A stretch of 64,000 bases of DNA, from positions 1,240,001-1,304,000 of the forward strand of contig CP145418.1 of NCBI GenBank assembly GCA_036867785.1. Direction: 5' to 3'. The first letter of the stretch is position 1. Each line of letters starts with the position of its first letter. The stretch comes from Plasmodiophora brassicae. Taxonomy: Eukaryota. Below are positions 35,757-48,010 of this stretch, in pieces. The position numbers were made by a program, and so were the translations under genes. The notes under the pieces are model-generated. The model ran no database searches, was not told the origin of the DNA, and saw only the letters and a list, made by a program, of their open reading frames with translations.

Positions 35757-36421
35757 TTATGCGGCCTTCTCATGCGTGTCCTCGTTCAGCGCCTGCGTCA
35801 TGCAGTCGCGGACGCTGTACCCGAAGGCGCCCATGTTCTTGGTGACGACGTTGAAGACGACCTTGACGACGCCGGTGGACTGGACGCGGGTGACGTCGCG
35901 GCCCTGGCCTTGGGCGACAAAGTTCGAGTCGAAGTACTCGGGCGGCGTGCCGTGGATCCAGGCCATGACCTGCTGGCAGATGCTGGACGACCGCGGCCGG
36001 TACAGGCGGACGTGGCGCTCGTGCCGGCCGGGCGTCGTCGGCACATGGACGAACCCGTACCCGCGCACGACGTCCTTGCCGAACATGTTGAAGCCGTAGA
36101 CGCTGACGACAAGTTTCGGCCAGCCGGACGGGTTCGTCGAGCGCATGGTCAGGTCGATGGGGTAGTTCCACAGGAAGCGACCGCCACTCGCTCCCGATGT
36201 CTTTGCTATTTGCGACATGCCGTACTCGAGGCCCTACGACGACGCCGGCTGTCAGCCCCCGGGCAGTTAGTCGCCCGTACGTATCGCGGAGCACGTACGT
36301 GCATGTAGGTCCAGTCGTGGCCGTATCGGAAACTGTACCGGCAGTACAGGGTGTCCACGCCCAGCATCGTGCAGCTGTCCACCTGACCGCTGACCATCAC
36401 GAAGAACGACGATTCCGCCAT
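35757..36421 (-). CDS. B9D1: B9 domain-containing protein 1 (ciliary transition zone)
   Basis: LYCRYSFRYGHDW (intron) GLEYGMSQIA, WNYPIDLTMRSTNPSGWPKLV, DVVRGYG, GRDVTRVQSTG. Confidence 0.93.
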
Positions 36422-36814
36422 CGCGCCGCAGCGAACGATATCCGGGGCACCGACCAGGGGGACAGTGGGCGCGGCCGGCCCTGTGAGGTGTGTCCAGTGG
36501 CGCCCAGTACTGCGACTGGCGGGGGCGCTTGCCCTGGGGGGCCACATCGGCACCGAAACGCCCGCAACGTCTGCGTTGGTACTCCGGTCATCCGACCCCA
36601 GGGACACCCATGCGTTCGTCTCCCTGGCGTGTATGCCGAACGCGGTATCACAGGGCAACAACTCCAGGGCGCTGTGTGTGCCATGTGAGGCCGCGTAAGG
36701 TGCCCCGGGTCCGCCACGGCGTCGCTGGCGAGCAGCTGCCTCTGCGGATCGCCTCGCACGCAACCTGGGCCACCACCTCTGCCCTAGACGCCTGCGTCAC
36801 GGTCGACGGACGAC

Positions 36815-38764
36815 ATGGCAGCGGACCTGGCAATAAGAGTGGCCACGAAGCGGGTCTTCTCGGCCATCCAGCCGACCGGGCGACTGCATATAGGGTCGGT
36901 CCGCCCTGCCCATGCGGGCGCGCATCGGACGCCACAGCGCCGGTCGCTGATGAATGAGTGCCCCCAGGAACTATTTCGGAGCCATGCAGACCTGGATCCA
37001 GCTGCAGAACGATCCCAGCGTGTTGTCGGCGACGTTCGCCCTGGCCGACATGCACGCCCTGACCAGCGATTCCCTGGAGACCATCCGATACGGTCCGTGC
37101 GGTTTGACGCCTATCGCCGTCGTCGTCGTCGTCGTGGCTGACTGTGCGCGCGTCGCCTCCCCAGTGCCCAAGTACTGCAGGGATATCGCTGCCCATGCGC
37201 TGTCGTTCGGCCTGGACCCCAGCAAGGTCGTCATCTTCAAGCAGTCGGCGGTGGCGGAGCACACGGAGCTGCTCTGGATCCTGGCAACCGTCGCCAAGAT
37301 GGGGCAGCTGCTGCGCATGACCCAGTACAAAGTACGCTCGACGTTCGTCGACTGCTCGTAGACGGAAGTGTAGGCTCAGCGTTGTCGTGGCAGGCCAAGG
37401 CCGAGATGACTGGCGAACCGAACTTGGGCCTGTTCTCGTATCCCGTCCTGCAAGCCGCCGATATCCTGCTGTACAGGTAGGGCGCGTGATGATACGCTGA
37501 CGCAGCCCTCGACGTTCACTAATCGGCGACCAACGTAGAGCGACCGTGGTACCTGTCGGGCATGACCAGATGCAGCACCTCGAACTGGTAGGATCGTGTC
37601 GCCGCAGGGGCTGTTGCATTTCGTGTAATATGCTGCTCGGCACCTGGTAGGCACGGGACCTCGCGCAATCGTTCAACTTCCGGTTCTGCAAGGACAGGGC
37701 CGGCGTGTTCCCGCGCCCGGGCACCCTGGTCGGATCGATACCGCGCGTCATGAACCTGCGCAATGGCACGGCCAAGATGTCCAAATCCGACCCGTCCGAC
37801 CTGTCCCGCATCCACTTCACCGACACCGACGATGAGATCATACTCAAGATTCGCAAGGCCAAGACGGACTCGTAGGCGGACGCACACCGTTTCGTCGTCG
37901 ACCGCGCTGACGGATTGGCGATCGCACAGGTTGGCCAGCAAGAAGTACAGCGACAGGCCGGTCTCGTACGACCCAGAGCGGCGGCCGCATACGTCCAGTC
38001 TTATCAAGCTGTACAGCGTTCTGTCCAACGAGCACGACTGCCCTCGGTCCGTCGCTCGGGCCATGGAGGGGAAGAGCATCCGCGATTTCAAGGCCATGCT
38101 GACCGAGCTGGTCATTGAGTTCGTCGCCCCGATCCGCCTCCGCTTGGCAAAGTGGCGCGAGACGCCCGACGAGATCGACCAGATCCTGGCGGATGGTGCA
38201 GAACGCGCCCGGGAGCAGGCGCAGGAGACGATGCGCCTCGTGCACGATGCAATCGGCCTGATCCGATCCACGAGCGTGGCCGTACCGTCGGGGCGCCCCA
38301 TGCAGACTGAAACGGTCACGAGAATAGCGGCGCTGGACGCGGCGGCCGACGCTTCCCGATCCGAGAACGACGATGATTATGACGCCTGTCGCCCTCTGGT
38401 TAACCTATCGCACGACGAGGGCACGGGTGACGAAGAAGGCGACGAGTCGGCGGCGTCCATGCTGGCGTCGGGCGGTGTCGACGAAGACGGTGAGAACGAT
38501 GACGACGATGATAACGAGGTCGAGGCGAACGTTGAGGAGTGTAATGACGAAACGTTAACCGCATCAGGCAGCGGCGACAGTGTCGACGATGGTGGCAAAG
38601 ACGCGGGCGTCATCGACAGTTCTGACAGCGCATGTGACCTGGCTGGCGTTGAGGAAGCCGTGATGGAAGATGCCGTGCCTGACCCTGACGATGGCGCTGC
38701 CATGGGCGATGAGCCCCCGCGCGACGACAGACATGTGACAGGCGAGGCGTCCTCGTCGATCTAG
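36815..38764 (+). CDS. WARS2: Mitochondrial/bacterial-type tryptophanyl-tRNA synthetase (multi-exon)
   Basis: VFSAIQPTGRLHIG|NYFGA, ADMHALT, FKQSAVAEH, GLFSYPVLQAADILLY, VPVGHDQMQHLE, KMSKSD. Confidence 0.92.
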
Positions 38765-38972
38765 TGCGGCCTTCCACGCTTCCCAGTCTGCGCTCCGTCA
38801 TCCAGGGCTGTGTTGAAGTAAACGTACATGCGAATAATTGCCAGTGAGCTTGAACGAGCAACCGATAGCTAGGCGGTTCTTGCGGATAACAGCATTGCTG
38901 ACGGAGACTTAATGGCGAATTGTATAACAACAGTACGGTGGCGTGAGGTGAGGCGACATGCCCAGCGCGTCG

Positions 38973-40334
38973 TCAGTTTGGGTTCGACATCTGGAACACC
39001 TCGTTGGCCTGCTGCGTGACACGAATGAACGAGCAGCGTTTCGTGAGTTCCTTCAGGTGGAGCGCCCCGACGCTGAACAACCCGCACGCCCTGGTTAGTG
39101 CAATGCCCAACGCGTGTCCAGGCTTCGACGTACTAGGTGCACGTGGAGCGTAGCCCGCCCAGCATGTCCAGACAGGTCTCTCGCACGGGCCCGCGGTACG
39201 GGATCAGAACGCTCTTGCCCTCGGAAGCGCGATACTCAGCGACCCCGCCGGCTGTCGCACGGCTGCCTCAGCAACGCCCTGCGGCGACAGGGTCGTACCG
39301 AGACGACATACCGTGCGTATGCATGGCCTTGCTGGAGCTCATGCCGTAGAACTCCCTGTACTGCACGCCGCCCTTCTCCACCAGCTCGCCGCCAGACTCG
39401 TCATGGCCAGCGAATATGCCGCCGCACTGTACGACACCAAGCGGCACACATGTATCAGTACGCGTCGCGACGCCCGACCGACATGGGCGCAGCGTTCACC
39501 ATAACGAAATCGCTGCCGGCGCCAAACGCCTTCGCGACGTCGCCAGGGACAACGCAGCCGCCATCGGAAACGATTTGTCCTACGGAACGTGCGACCTGTT
39601 AGACAGCGCTAGGGTACAATGGGAGCGCCCAGAGACCGCCGAGCCCGTGAGCCGCGTCGGCACACTCGATGACGGCGCTGAGCTGCGGGTACCCGACGCC
39701 GGTCTTGATGCGGGTCGTGCAGACCGAACCGGGGCCGATGCCGACCTTGACGACGTCGGCGCCGGACAGAATCAACTGTTCCGTCATTTCGCCGGTCACG
39801 ACGTTGCCAGCGATAATGCTGATCTGCGGGTGCGCCTCACGAACGCGTCGAATCTGTCCGAGCCATGGTCAGCAAACGACCCGGACGTGCCAGGCTGTCA
39901 GGCGACCGCCTTACGAACTGGACGAAATTCTCGGAATATCCGTTGGCAACGTCCAGGCAGATGAAGGGGATCGCGGGGATGTCCCGCAAGACGGCGTTGA
40001 GCTTCTCGAGGTCGTTCGCCGTCGTACCGCTGGAGACCGCCACATGGTTGAGGACGTTGGGGTGGCTGCCTGCAAAATCCTTCCACTCGTCGACCGTGTA
40101 ATGCTTGTGGATGCAGGTCAGCATGGAGTGCTCGGCCAGCGCGCTAGCCATAGCGAACGTGCCGGTCGTGTCCATGTTGGCCGCAATGATGGGCACCCCC
40201 GCCCACGTCTTCTTCGTGTGCAGGAACGTGAACTCGCGGACCAGGTCGACATCGGCCCGGGACCGTAACGTGGACCGCTTCGGGCGTATGAGTACGTCCT
40301 TGAAGTCGAGCTTGATGCCCTCCTCGATCCGCAT
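38973..40334 (-). CDS. GMPR: GMP reductase (GuaC type 1; multi-exon)
   Basis: [71 protein letters not shown]. Confidence 0.96.
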
Positions 40335-40651
40335 GCCTGTATGCGTTGTGCCGGGTGCCGGTTGCGAGCCACACCGTCCGGGGGCGACACGCGGACTGCG
40401 CTACGCGACCAGACGACGTTTGACGCGCGCAGGTACGCCCCCCGAACAGTGCAACGCAAATGTTATAACACTCAGTAGGTAACCACGTACAACGTTGCCT
40501 GATGATGCGGCATCCGGGCCAGTACTGGACGAGACTGGCACGCACCGTTCCTGCTGTGATTGAGGTGGAGAGTGTAACGGCACAGAAGCGTGCTCCTGCA
40601 CATGATCATATGTCGAGAACCAGCCGGCACGGGTGGATTGCCGGACGAGGG

Positions 40652-42070
40652 CTACTGGCGTTGGTGTGGTTCGACGAGGACAGCGAGGCCAGCAAGGTCG
40701 ATGTCGCCGTTGTGGAGTCGATATGCACTTCGCTGTTCGCAGGTCAGAGGACCAACCAGCTGCGCGTTGGATCGAAGAAGGGCGTCGATTTCCATGACAA
40801 TGGGGAGGCGGCCTTTGCCATGCTGCGCGACAACGAACCAGGTGCCGTTCTCCGTTATGCCAACGCCGACGCAAATCACCCAGTGAGCCGACTGACCTGC
40901 CCGGTGGCAAGGTTGATGATCGGGGCCACTGTCGAACGCCATCAGCAGATAGCCGCCCTGCAGGATCGGAACAATGACATCGTCCCGACTAGCGACAGGG
41001 ACGGTTCGACAACGCAGACGCAGCGACGTCCGCGCTAAGAGTTCCAGGTGTTTAGCGCTAAACATTTCGCCGACGTGCGTGTACCCCGCGTCAATGGCCT
41101 GCATCAACAGGCGTTCGCCACGATCGGTAATGGATTCGGCAGCATAGTCGGCAGTGCTGCCTGATAGGTCGTCAGTGTCCACAGGGCCAGGCCAGACAGC
41201 GGCAAAGCACTCGGGGACGGCAGGCAGGCACAAGAACGCGGAGTGTGCTGAGACAGAACCTGGGACAATGCGCCCGGTAGGTGGTTGCAGCGCGGCCATC
41301 GAGATGGCAGCCAGGCCACAGGTGGGCCCGACTTGCTGGATCCAGGGCAGCGGCGCCGTGCTCACCAGGCACAGCGTCATTGTCTGGCAATCGCCGGCAG
41401 CAGACGGCCGCGTTCGCCACAGGTCGACAGCCCAATGCTGACGATCAACGCGCACAGGCGGGCGCTGACAAATGAATGCCTTGGACATCCAGGTCGTGCC
41501 GCTGTCATCTTCGCCAACGCCTGCTGCGTGCTCTCCGTCGACATTGCTGAGCAGGGCCGCAATGCCACGTACGTTGGACTGGGCGCCTTTCGACGACATG
41601 CCGATGGACGTGGGCGGGCATTGGCGATACCCGAGCCGACCGTAGAACGGCGCTGAATCGGGCAGCGTTTGCAACGACAGGCGCACGACATCATGTTGCT
41701 GCTGCAGGCGAGACTGGATATGGCACAGGAAGGTTCGGCCTAACCCCCGGCGCCGGTACTCCTCCACGATGACGAACGACGACAGCAGGGCGTGGCGTTC
41801 TGGTAGGCGTCGTGGCGGACGTCGGCCTGGCAGAATGCGGACGGCAGCGTATCCGACCGGGTCGCCCCTATCCGGAACGTGCAGGACGAATTGCAATGCG
41901 CTGGTGCGCTGCAGGCGATCCAGGCGTGAGATCGGCGCAGACGACGATGGCCACTGCGTTTCGAGAATTGACGCAACGAAAGACAGGCACGCCTGACGCT
42001 GCTGATCGCCATCGATGTCGGCGACAAGGCGAGTGACGGCGGCCGACGTCAGATCGCCGCCACCCGGCAT
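40652..42070 (-). CDS. Fusion protein: NAA80-like GNAT acetyltransferase + ACTMAP (C19orf54/UPF0692)-like cysteine protease
   Basis: Uninterrupted 472-aa ORF. N-half: ILETQWP..SRL, VGYAAV, VIVEEYRRRGLGR, FYGRLGY, WMSK. C-half: QVGPTCGLAAISMA, GYTHVGEMFSA, FDSGPDHQPCHRAGQSAHW, QHGK, SNAQL. Confidence 0.85.
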   Translation of the reverse strand: MPGGGDLTSAAVTRLVADIDGDQQRQACLSFVASILETQWPSSSAPISRLDRLQRTSALQFVLHVPDRGDPVGYAAVRILPGRRPPRRLPERHALLSSFVIVEEYRRRGLGRTFLCHIQSRLQQQHDVVRLSLQTLPDSAPFYGRLGYRQCPPTSIGMSSKGAQSNVRGIAALLSNVDGEHAAGVGEDDSGTTWMSKAFICQRPPVRVDRQHWAVDLWRTRPSAAGDCQTMTLCLVSTAPLPWIQQVGPTCGLAAISMAALQPPTGRIVPGSVSAHSAFLCLPAVPECFAAVWPGPVDTDDLSGSTADYAAESITDRGERLLMQAIDAGYTHVGEMFSAKHLELLARTSLRLRCRTVPVASRDDVIVPILQGGYLLMAFDSGPDHQPCHRAGQSAHWVICVGVGITENGTWFVVAQHGKGRLPIVMEIDALLRSNAQLVGPLTCEQRSAYRLHNGDIDLAGLAVLVEPHQRQ

Positions 42071-42336
42071 GATTCGGTGCGGGTGCGTGGCGCCGGCGGG
42101 TCCGCACACTTCTGACGTTGCCGTGGTCACCTACTGTAGGCAGATGATTTCCAGCCGTGCCAGACGCCCCCGTTTAAGCTGGCCAGTCCAGTTGGTAATG
42201 TATTGGAAAACGATCAAAACGGATAAACGGAACAGCAGGTCACGAAACGCGGATGTGTTTTCGGGCGTTACGCGGTGGCTGATGCTGAGGCAACTCGGTA
42301 ACTGATGGCCATGGGGAGGCGCGGTAATGAGCTCGA

Positions 42337-42870
42337 CTACGGCGAACCACGCCCCGCATCAGTAGCGCCAGCAGTAATACGGCACAGGTTCCGATGCGAC
42401 GCCACCGTCGGTCGGCCGTTCAAACTCACCGTTCGTGCTTTGGCAGGGGCATCATCACCCCTGACCTCAGATGCCGCTGCATTTGGAGACGGTATGCCAG
42501 TACCGCCGGTTTGCTTTGGCTGGCGCCAACGTCGGGAATAGACCGCCATGACCAGCACGATGGCGGCGCCAACGACAACGAATGGTAGATTGGATGTCGC
42601 CCACGCAGTGAAATCAAGCGAATCGCTGGCGGACAGGAAGATCAACGGGATAGGCGGTGTAGGGTCCACAAACGAACGTGTCGCGTCACCGCCACCGGAC
42701 TTCAGGTGCAGCAGCTGATTGTCAAGGTCAGCATCTTCAGTATGATCGTGAGGGTCTTCCCCGGTGTCGTCCTCGTCCATGACAATGGAATACGTGGGTG
42801 GAAGCATCGTTACGAAGATAATGGAGGTAATAAGAACGGGCACGATGGGGCACGAAGTGAACAACGTCAT
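42337..42870 (-). CDS. Small hypothetical type I membrane protein
   Basis: Hydrophobic N-terminus, acidic ectodomain, TM LPFVVVGAAIVLVMAVY followed by RRWR. Confidence 0.5.
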   Translation of the reverse strand: MTLFTSCPIVPVLITSIIFVTMLPPTYSIVMDEDDTGEDPHDHTEDADLDNQLLHLKSGGGDATRSFVDPTPPIPLIFLSASDSLDFTAWATSNLPFVVVGAAIVLVMAVYSRRWRQPKQTGGTGIPSPNAAASEVRGDDAPAKARTVSLNGRPTVASHRNLCRITAGATDAGRGSP

Positions 42871-43118
42871 GGTTGCAGGATGGGGCAGCGACGCAGGCGT
42901 CCACCGTTGCGATTTGCCGGATGGCAGATACGGCGGTCCCACGTCACGGACTGTGGCCAGCGCTATTTGTGGGCCACACCAGACTGGAGCGGCCTCTGTC
43001 ACCCCGACACTGAACGGGTCGAACAGCATCACTGCGTGCTGGACAGTGATGTTTGGCGACAGACGACGTTTGTTCGCCCCGCTATATCGTATCGACATGA
43101 TGTGGTTGACTATTGATA

Positions 43119-43724
43119 TTAGAAGAATGCATCGACTGGGTTGGTGCGCAGGTCAGCGGCCGTCCTTGCGGTCACGCCGACCCTTTGAACACGTCGACGT
43201 CGAGCGCAGGTGACAACAACGAGACAGGCGAGACAGATGCCGCCAATACAGGCCCATATAACCATAACGACAAGCGAATCGTCTGAGCTCTGACCGCCCA
43301 TTTCTCGTCTTGTTGTCAGGACCTCCGCATCGAGAGAAGCAGGCGACGACGCGAGCTGTCGGCGAAGAACGCTGCGTGTTATTATCGACGAAACGACCAA
43401 TGTCGTGACGAACTTCGTAACACGACTGATCTTAGCAGGAAGGTCAAGTCGATGCGTGTGTGTCCTCGACACCGGGTCTGTCAAGCGTCGTCTGCTTCGT
43501 GACAGATATGCATGAGACGTTTGTAGGCCAAGTGTCAGCAACGTCAGCACCAAGTGAGACGCGTGGGCTGCAGGATAATCCCAATGCCCTCCTTCGACCG
43601 GATCGCTGCGGTGCGCACCATTGCGCCACAGATGAGAGGTGCTACTGGCAGCCAGCACAGGCACCAGGAGTAGGCCGAAAACGATTGCCACAGGACGGCG
43701 CAGTCGATCGTGACTCGCAGGCAT
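43119..43724 (-). CDS. Small hypothetical secretory/membrane protein
   Basis: Signal-like VAIVFGLLLVPVLAA; C-terminal TM LVVMVIWACIGGICLACLVVV followed by RRRR. Confidence 0.5.
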   Translation of the reverse strand: MPASHDRLRRPVAIVFGLLLVPVLAASSTSHLWRNGAHRSDPVEGGHWDYPAAHASHLVLTLLTLGLQTSHAYLSRSRRRLTDPVSRTHTHRLDLPAKISRVTKFVTTLVVSSIITRSVLRRQLASSPASLDAEVLTTRREMGGQSSDDSLVVMVIWACIGGICLACLVVVTCARRRRVQRVGVTARTAADLRTNPVDAFF

Positions 43725-44211
43725 CGAGGTCGTACAGGTGTTAGCCGAACATGGCAGGCGCTGACAACCAACGACGCTGTAGGCAACGACCACGACGTGC
43801 GAGCGGCAGCATCAACCCGAATTAGAATTCACCCGGCTGGCCTGAGAATTATTCTAAAATTAGGCGGCGTCATTACCGCTCGATCGATCATTGGATCGTT
43901 CGGCCCATCAGTGGTCTGTTGATTGTCTATCTCCATCTCAAATGGCCAGACAAAATTCGCTACCTCGCTGGCACCGAGCAGGCACCGTCGAGCACCTGGG
44001 GACTCTGATCGTGTAGGAGATGTTCGGGGGAGAGAGAGACATAGCCCGTCGGTGGCGCGACCCCCCGTCGAACAGGGAGGCTGACACACGTAGAGGATAC
44101 GGTAATCAGATACTGTTCGCGTGTGACCCAGTGACTCAAGTCCGCAATGCTCGGCTGAATCGCGTTCCTTGAAGACGCTATCAGTATATACAGAGCGGCT
44201 CGCCTGTCGAG

Positions 44212-45708
44212 ATGATGAGGCCGGTGCGGATGCGCTCGACCGAGCAGCGCCCCGGCATCAAGTGTGCAGTCGTCGCCACGTTCTTCATCATCGTCGTGTT
44301 TGTCGCCGTGTCAACGACGCTATCGAACGTTCTGCAGAGATTGGAGGGCGGCCTCAGGGATCGGCAGGCTTCGGGCGTATCCAGTATTATGCAGCACCAT
44401 CCGAAGGATCCCCGGGGACGTCCACCACTGGGTGGCCGGCAGATCTGGACTGTCGTCTCAACGCAGTGCTCCCCATTCCAGGACTGGAATGTCATTGTCG
44501 CTGCAAATTCCCACCAGCGCTTAGCCATACCAGGGCGGTTCGTCCGCCTGCTGGCTTGCAACGACGACAGCTACGAAGTTCCTGCACCGAACTACGACAA
44601 ATTCAGTGTGTTCCGCCACCGCGATTACGAAATCGACCACAAGGACGACCCGTTTCGTAAGTCGGCTCTGTCCACAGCGCTGCTTTCTCTTCGGCATACT
44701 AAATCATTGGCGTCAGCACCGAGGCTGAAGGCGCTGGCATTACGCGATTGGTTGGCAGCCGTGTCTGGCGATTTGGCCGACAACGACGTCGTTATACTGT
44801 TGGACCCGGACCAGATCTTCCTAGGCCATCCGAACACCACCTCCGTTGAGAACGGGCACGCTCAGGCGGCCGCCTACGCGCTGAACACCAACTTCCTGTC
44901 GGTTGCGGCGGCGCACTGCCATGACTCACGTTGTAAGGTCAGGCCTGGCATGGACATGTCCAACCTGCTGTACGGCGCCCCGTACATCATGACCGTTCAC
45001 GACGCCAAGCTGATTGCTGCGAAATGGAGCACTCGAACTGAACTGTTCCGTCAGGACAAACCCATCGCCGACCAGTTCGTAAGTTGCTGTGTTGGTGTCC
45101 GTATTCGGCATAGTTCAAGACTGAACCTGGCATTAGGGATGGCTTACCGAGATGTGCGTCGTTCACCTTCTGGTCTCCCGTAATTCAGCAATGGGACCTG
45201 ACTGATATGCTCGTACAGGTACAGCTACATCATGGTGGCCATGGAGCTGGATATATTGCACGAAACGGCGCCCCTGATGATATCAAACGCGGACGAGGAT
45301 GGCGAACCGTGGCATCTGGCTCGCTGGTTCGGCAACAGTCGCCCGCCATTGGCCTTCATCCACTACTGTCAGAAGTACACGGTCGGACAGCAATCCTGGG
45401 GCAAGCACGAATACCACGGCCTCGGTATGGTTCGCCTGTACGTACTCAACGTTGATGGTTCGATTAATTACTGGTTCCGAACCATAGACATTCGCAAGTG
45501 TGATCAGCGTCAGTTCTTCCCGGGCTTGACTCAGCAGGACAGGGACCTGTTCGCATCTCTGCAGTGGACGCCGCTGGCAGGAGGGCCAGGCGTCGACCGG
45601 GGACGGCTGGTCAAGGCTAGATCGGCTTGGCTATATCACGAAGTAGTCAACAGTGTGCAGATGGCATTGCAGGCATGGGTTGAGGATCATTGTCCAACGC
45701 CGACCTGA
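44212..45708 (+). CDS. SGT1/HPAT-like (peptidyl-Ser galactosyl- / Hyp arabinosyltransferase-like) type II membrane glycosyltransferase (multi-exon)
   Basis: N-terminal TM; VSTQCSPFQDW...PGRFVRLLAC; ILLDPDQIF (DxD); GAPYIM; MYSYIM; IHYCQKY..WGKH. Confidence 0.72.
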
Positions 45709-45762
45709 ACTATTCGGCTGGTGGCAAACAACGAACAATATGAGGAGTCTATTCTGAACATA

Positions 45763-46818
45763 TCAGCAGTCGTCGCGCCTATGCAGAATTTCCTTGTTAA
45801 TGGCCTCGCTCCAGCGTCGCGTCTCCTTCTGCGACGAGGCCGACAGCCAGATCTGGCACCGGGACGGCGACGTTATAACGAATGTGCTGGAGGCGAACGT
45901 TAATGGGGAAACAAATCGGGCGCAACGCCAAGACGAATTCGTGACGTACTTGAACATGCCGTCGCAGTCGTGGCTGGGAGGCGACGGCTCACATTGGGTC
46001 GACATCAGCGAGATCGCTGCTTGGCAGTACCACTCCATCGCCAGGGAGAAGATCTTCCCGGAATGTCCAGCGATTCGCTGGAACGCAGCACAATGCAATT
46101 CGTCCTCGAACTGGTAGACACAATGAGCCCCGACCTGACACGTAACCGTGTCAAACGAAGATCGGCATTGGACAACGGTGCTTCGTACGGCCAGGTAGTG
46201 TCGCGTCCATTTGTACTTGGCCTTCTTGTACAGGTATCCCTATACCAGTTACGCGAGAGTCAGCCTAAATTCCAGCTGAGAATGTAGCTGGGCGGCAGAT
46301 GAGAACCTGTTTGCTGAACGGGAACTCGGGGATCGGAGTAATCATGGCTCGAAGCGCTTCTACCCACTTATTCTTACTTTCGACAGCGCTTGCCTTACAA
46401 ACGTATGTTCCTATCGTGAAAACACAGGCACCCGGTCAGACAGACGAAGAGTTGCACAACAGCATAGAGCGGACGATTCGGCGTAACGATGTCGAACACC
46501 GTCTGAGGATCATCGAGGTTGGGTGCTGTAGATTCGACAACGGCGAGGGCGTCGCCCAGGGCAATCGTGCCAAGCAGGGACTTCTCGATGGTGGACAGCG
46601 GCGTCCCGGCGCCAATCTCGCAGGAGAAATAGCACAAGTACCGATCGTTGCGCAGGACGAAATACCTAGCAGCATCATACGCTCCATCATCTCATGGCGA
46701 AACATTGGGGCGCGTCGCTGACAAAGGCGTACCGTCGCTTCCAGGATGTGACGAACCCGCCCCGCTTCATGAGCCACCCTGAACAGATGACGTAGTTGAC
46801 AGGCGTGGCGGCCGACAT
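45763..46818 (-). CDS. Tandem PH-domain protein (multi-exon; largely missed by the ORF track)
   Basis: PH1: SGWLMKRGGFVTSWKRRYAFV...LLGTIAL...FDIVTPNR...KNKWVEALR. PH2: GYLYKKAKYKWTRHY...FVITSP...ASSQKETRRWSEAINK. Confidence 0.8.
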
Positions 46819-48010
46819 GACGCCGACGCCCTGTGAAGCTGAGCGCGCCCCGTTTGTTCCTTGGAGGCGGTGTGCGGCCTGGGCGTGACGGGGACCAATG
46901 GGGGGCGTGTCTTACCGGGGCGTCGCCGCACCAACGGCCGCAGTCGGGACCTCCAAAAATGGCCGCCACATCCGCACAACATGTGCGGATTCGCACACAA
47001 GTTTCCATAACGTTCAGCTACCACCAGTCATGTGCTAGACAAGCTAGGCAAGATGTATTCGGTGGAAATGATACGGTCCCATGATGTTTAGGACGATGTC
47101 CGGGTCGTCGCCGACGCCTACATCGCGGCAATCAGACGACGTACGAAGTTATCTACAGTGCTGTTGGTGCAAGTGCCCTGGATCATCCGGGCACGCCGGC
47201 AGTCGCACGTCGTACCCGTCGACGAGTTCACCTTCGAGAAGTACGTCATCGATCGCCTCGCTGTCTGGCATCAACGTATGTCCTTCTTAGAGTGTGCATC
47301 GTATGTGGCCAGCTGAGCCTGCAAAGGCCCCATCAGCGTCTCGTGAACGTCCGCTTCGATCTGGGTTCGCTGCTGCTGCTGCTGCCGACGAGTCCTTCGA
47401 TTTGTGCCCTGGATGCTGTGCAGGCGCTCAGATCCTTCCTCCTGTCGAGGATACGTTCTGCAGGACCAAGTGCCCCACGCGTGGCACGACGAAATATATC
47501 CGATGGGCGGCGGCTAGAGCTCGTGCATGCGCGGCGACATGACGCTGCCTCATAATTCCTCAAGCATACTGAACAGCAATATGCAAGGACCTTTTCGTCC
47601 TCGACATGTCGATCTTCAGGACCGCTCACAGGATCATTTCGATCAATGACCTCCGCAAACTCCCACGGTGTGAGCAGGACATGGACTACCCTGTCGTTGC
47701 AATGTTCGTTGGCACACTCACGATCGGGGCCATCATCACAACATAATGTACGTGCGAAATGGATGGGAGACCGAACTCACTGGATACCTTCTACCTTCAG
47801 CAATGGGACGAATTGTCGCCAACTTCGAAGCCGTGCCCATGTCACGTGAGAAGGTGCCCCGACGATGATAATAACGTATTGCGCCTACTGTAGCGTTCTG
47901 CGACAGGGATAAGTCAACCGTCCCGTGTGCTCTAGGGCAGACGCGCGCAGTAACGGGAACTGGCTCGATGTTTATACGGCGTCATGCCTGATGCTGTACC
48001 TGAAAGCAAG

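Noticed and set aside
40502-41038. 178-aa plus-strand ORF
   Set aside because: Antisense to the ACTMAP-like domain
16926-42070. Functional clustering of actin-related genes (ABITRAM and the NAA80-ACTMAP fusion)
   Set aside because: About 23 kb apart with many unrelated genes between; likely coincidence
45794-46117. Plus-strand ORF with CPAIRWN resembling the hAT TRWN motif
   Set aside because: Lies antisense to a well-supported PH-domain exon
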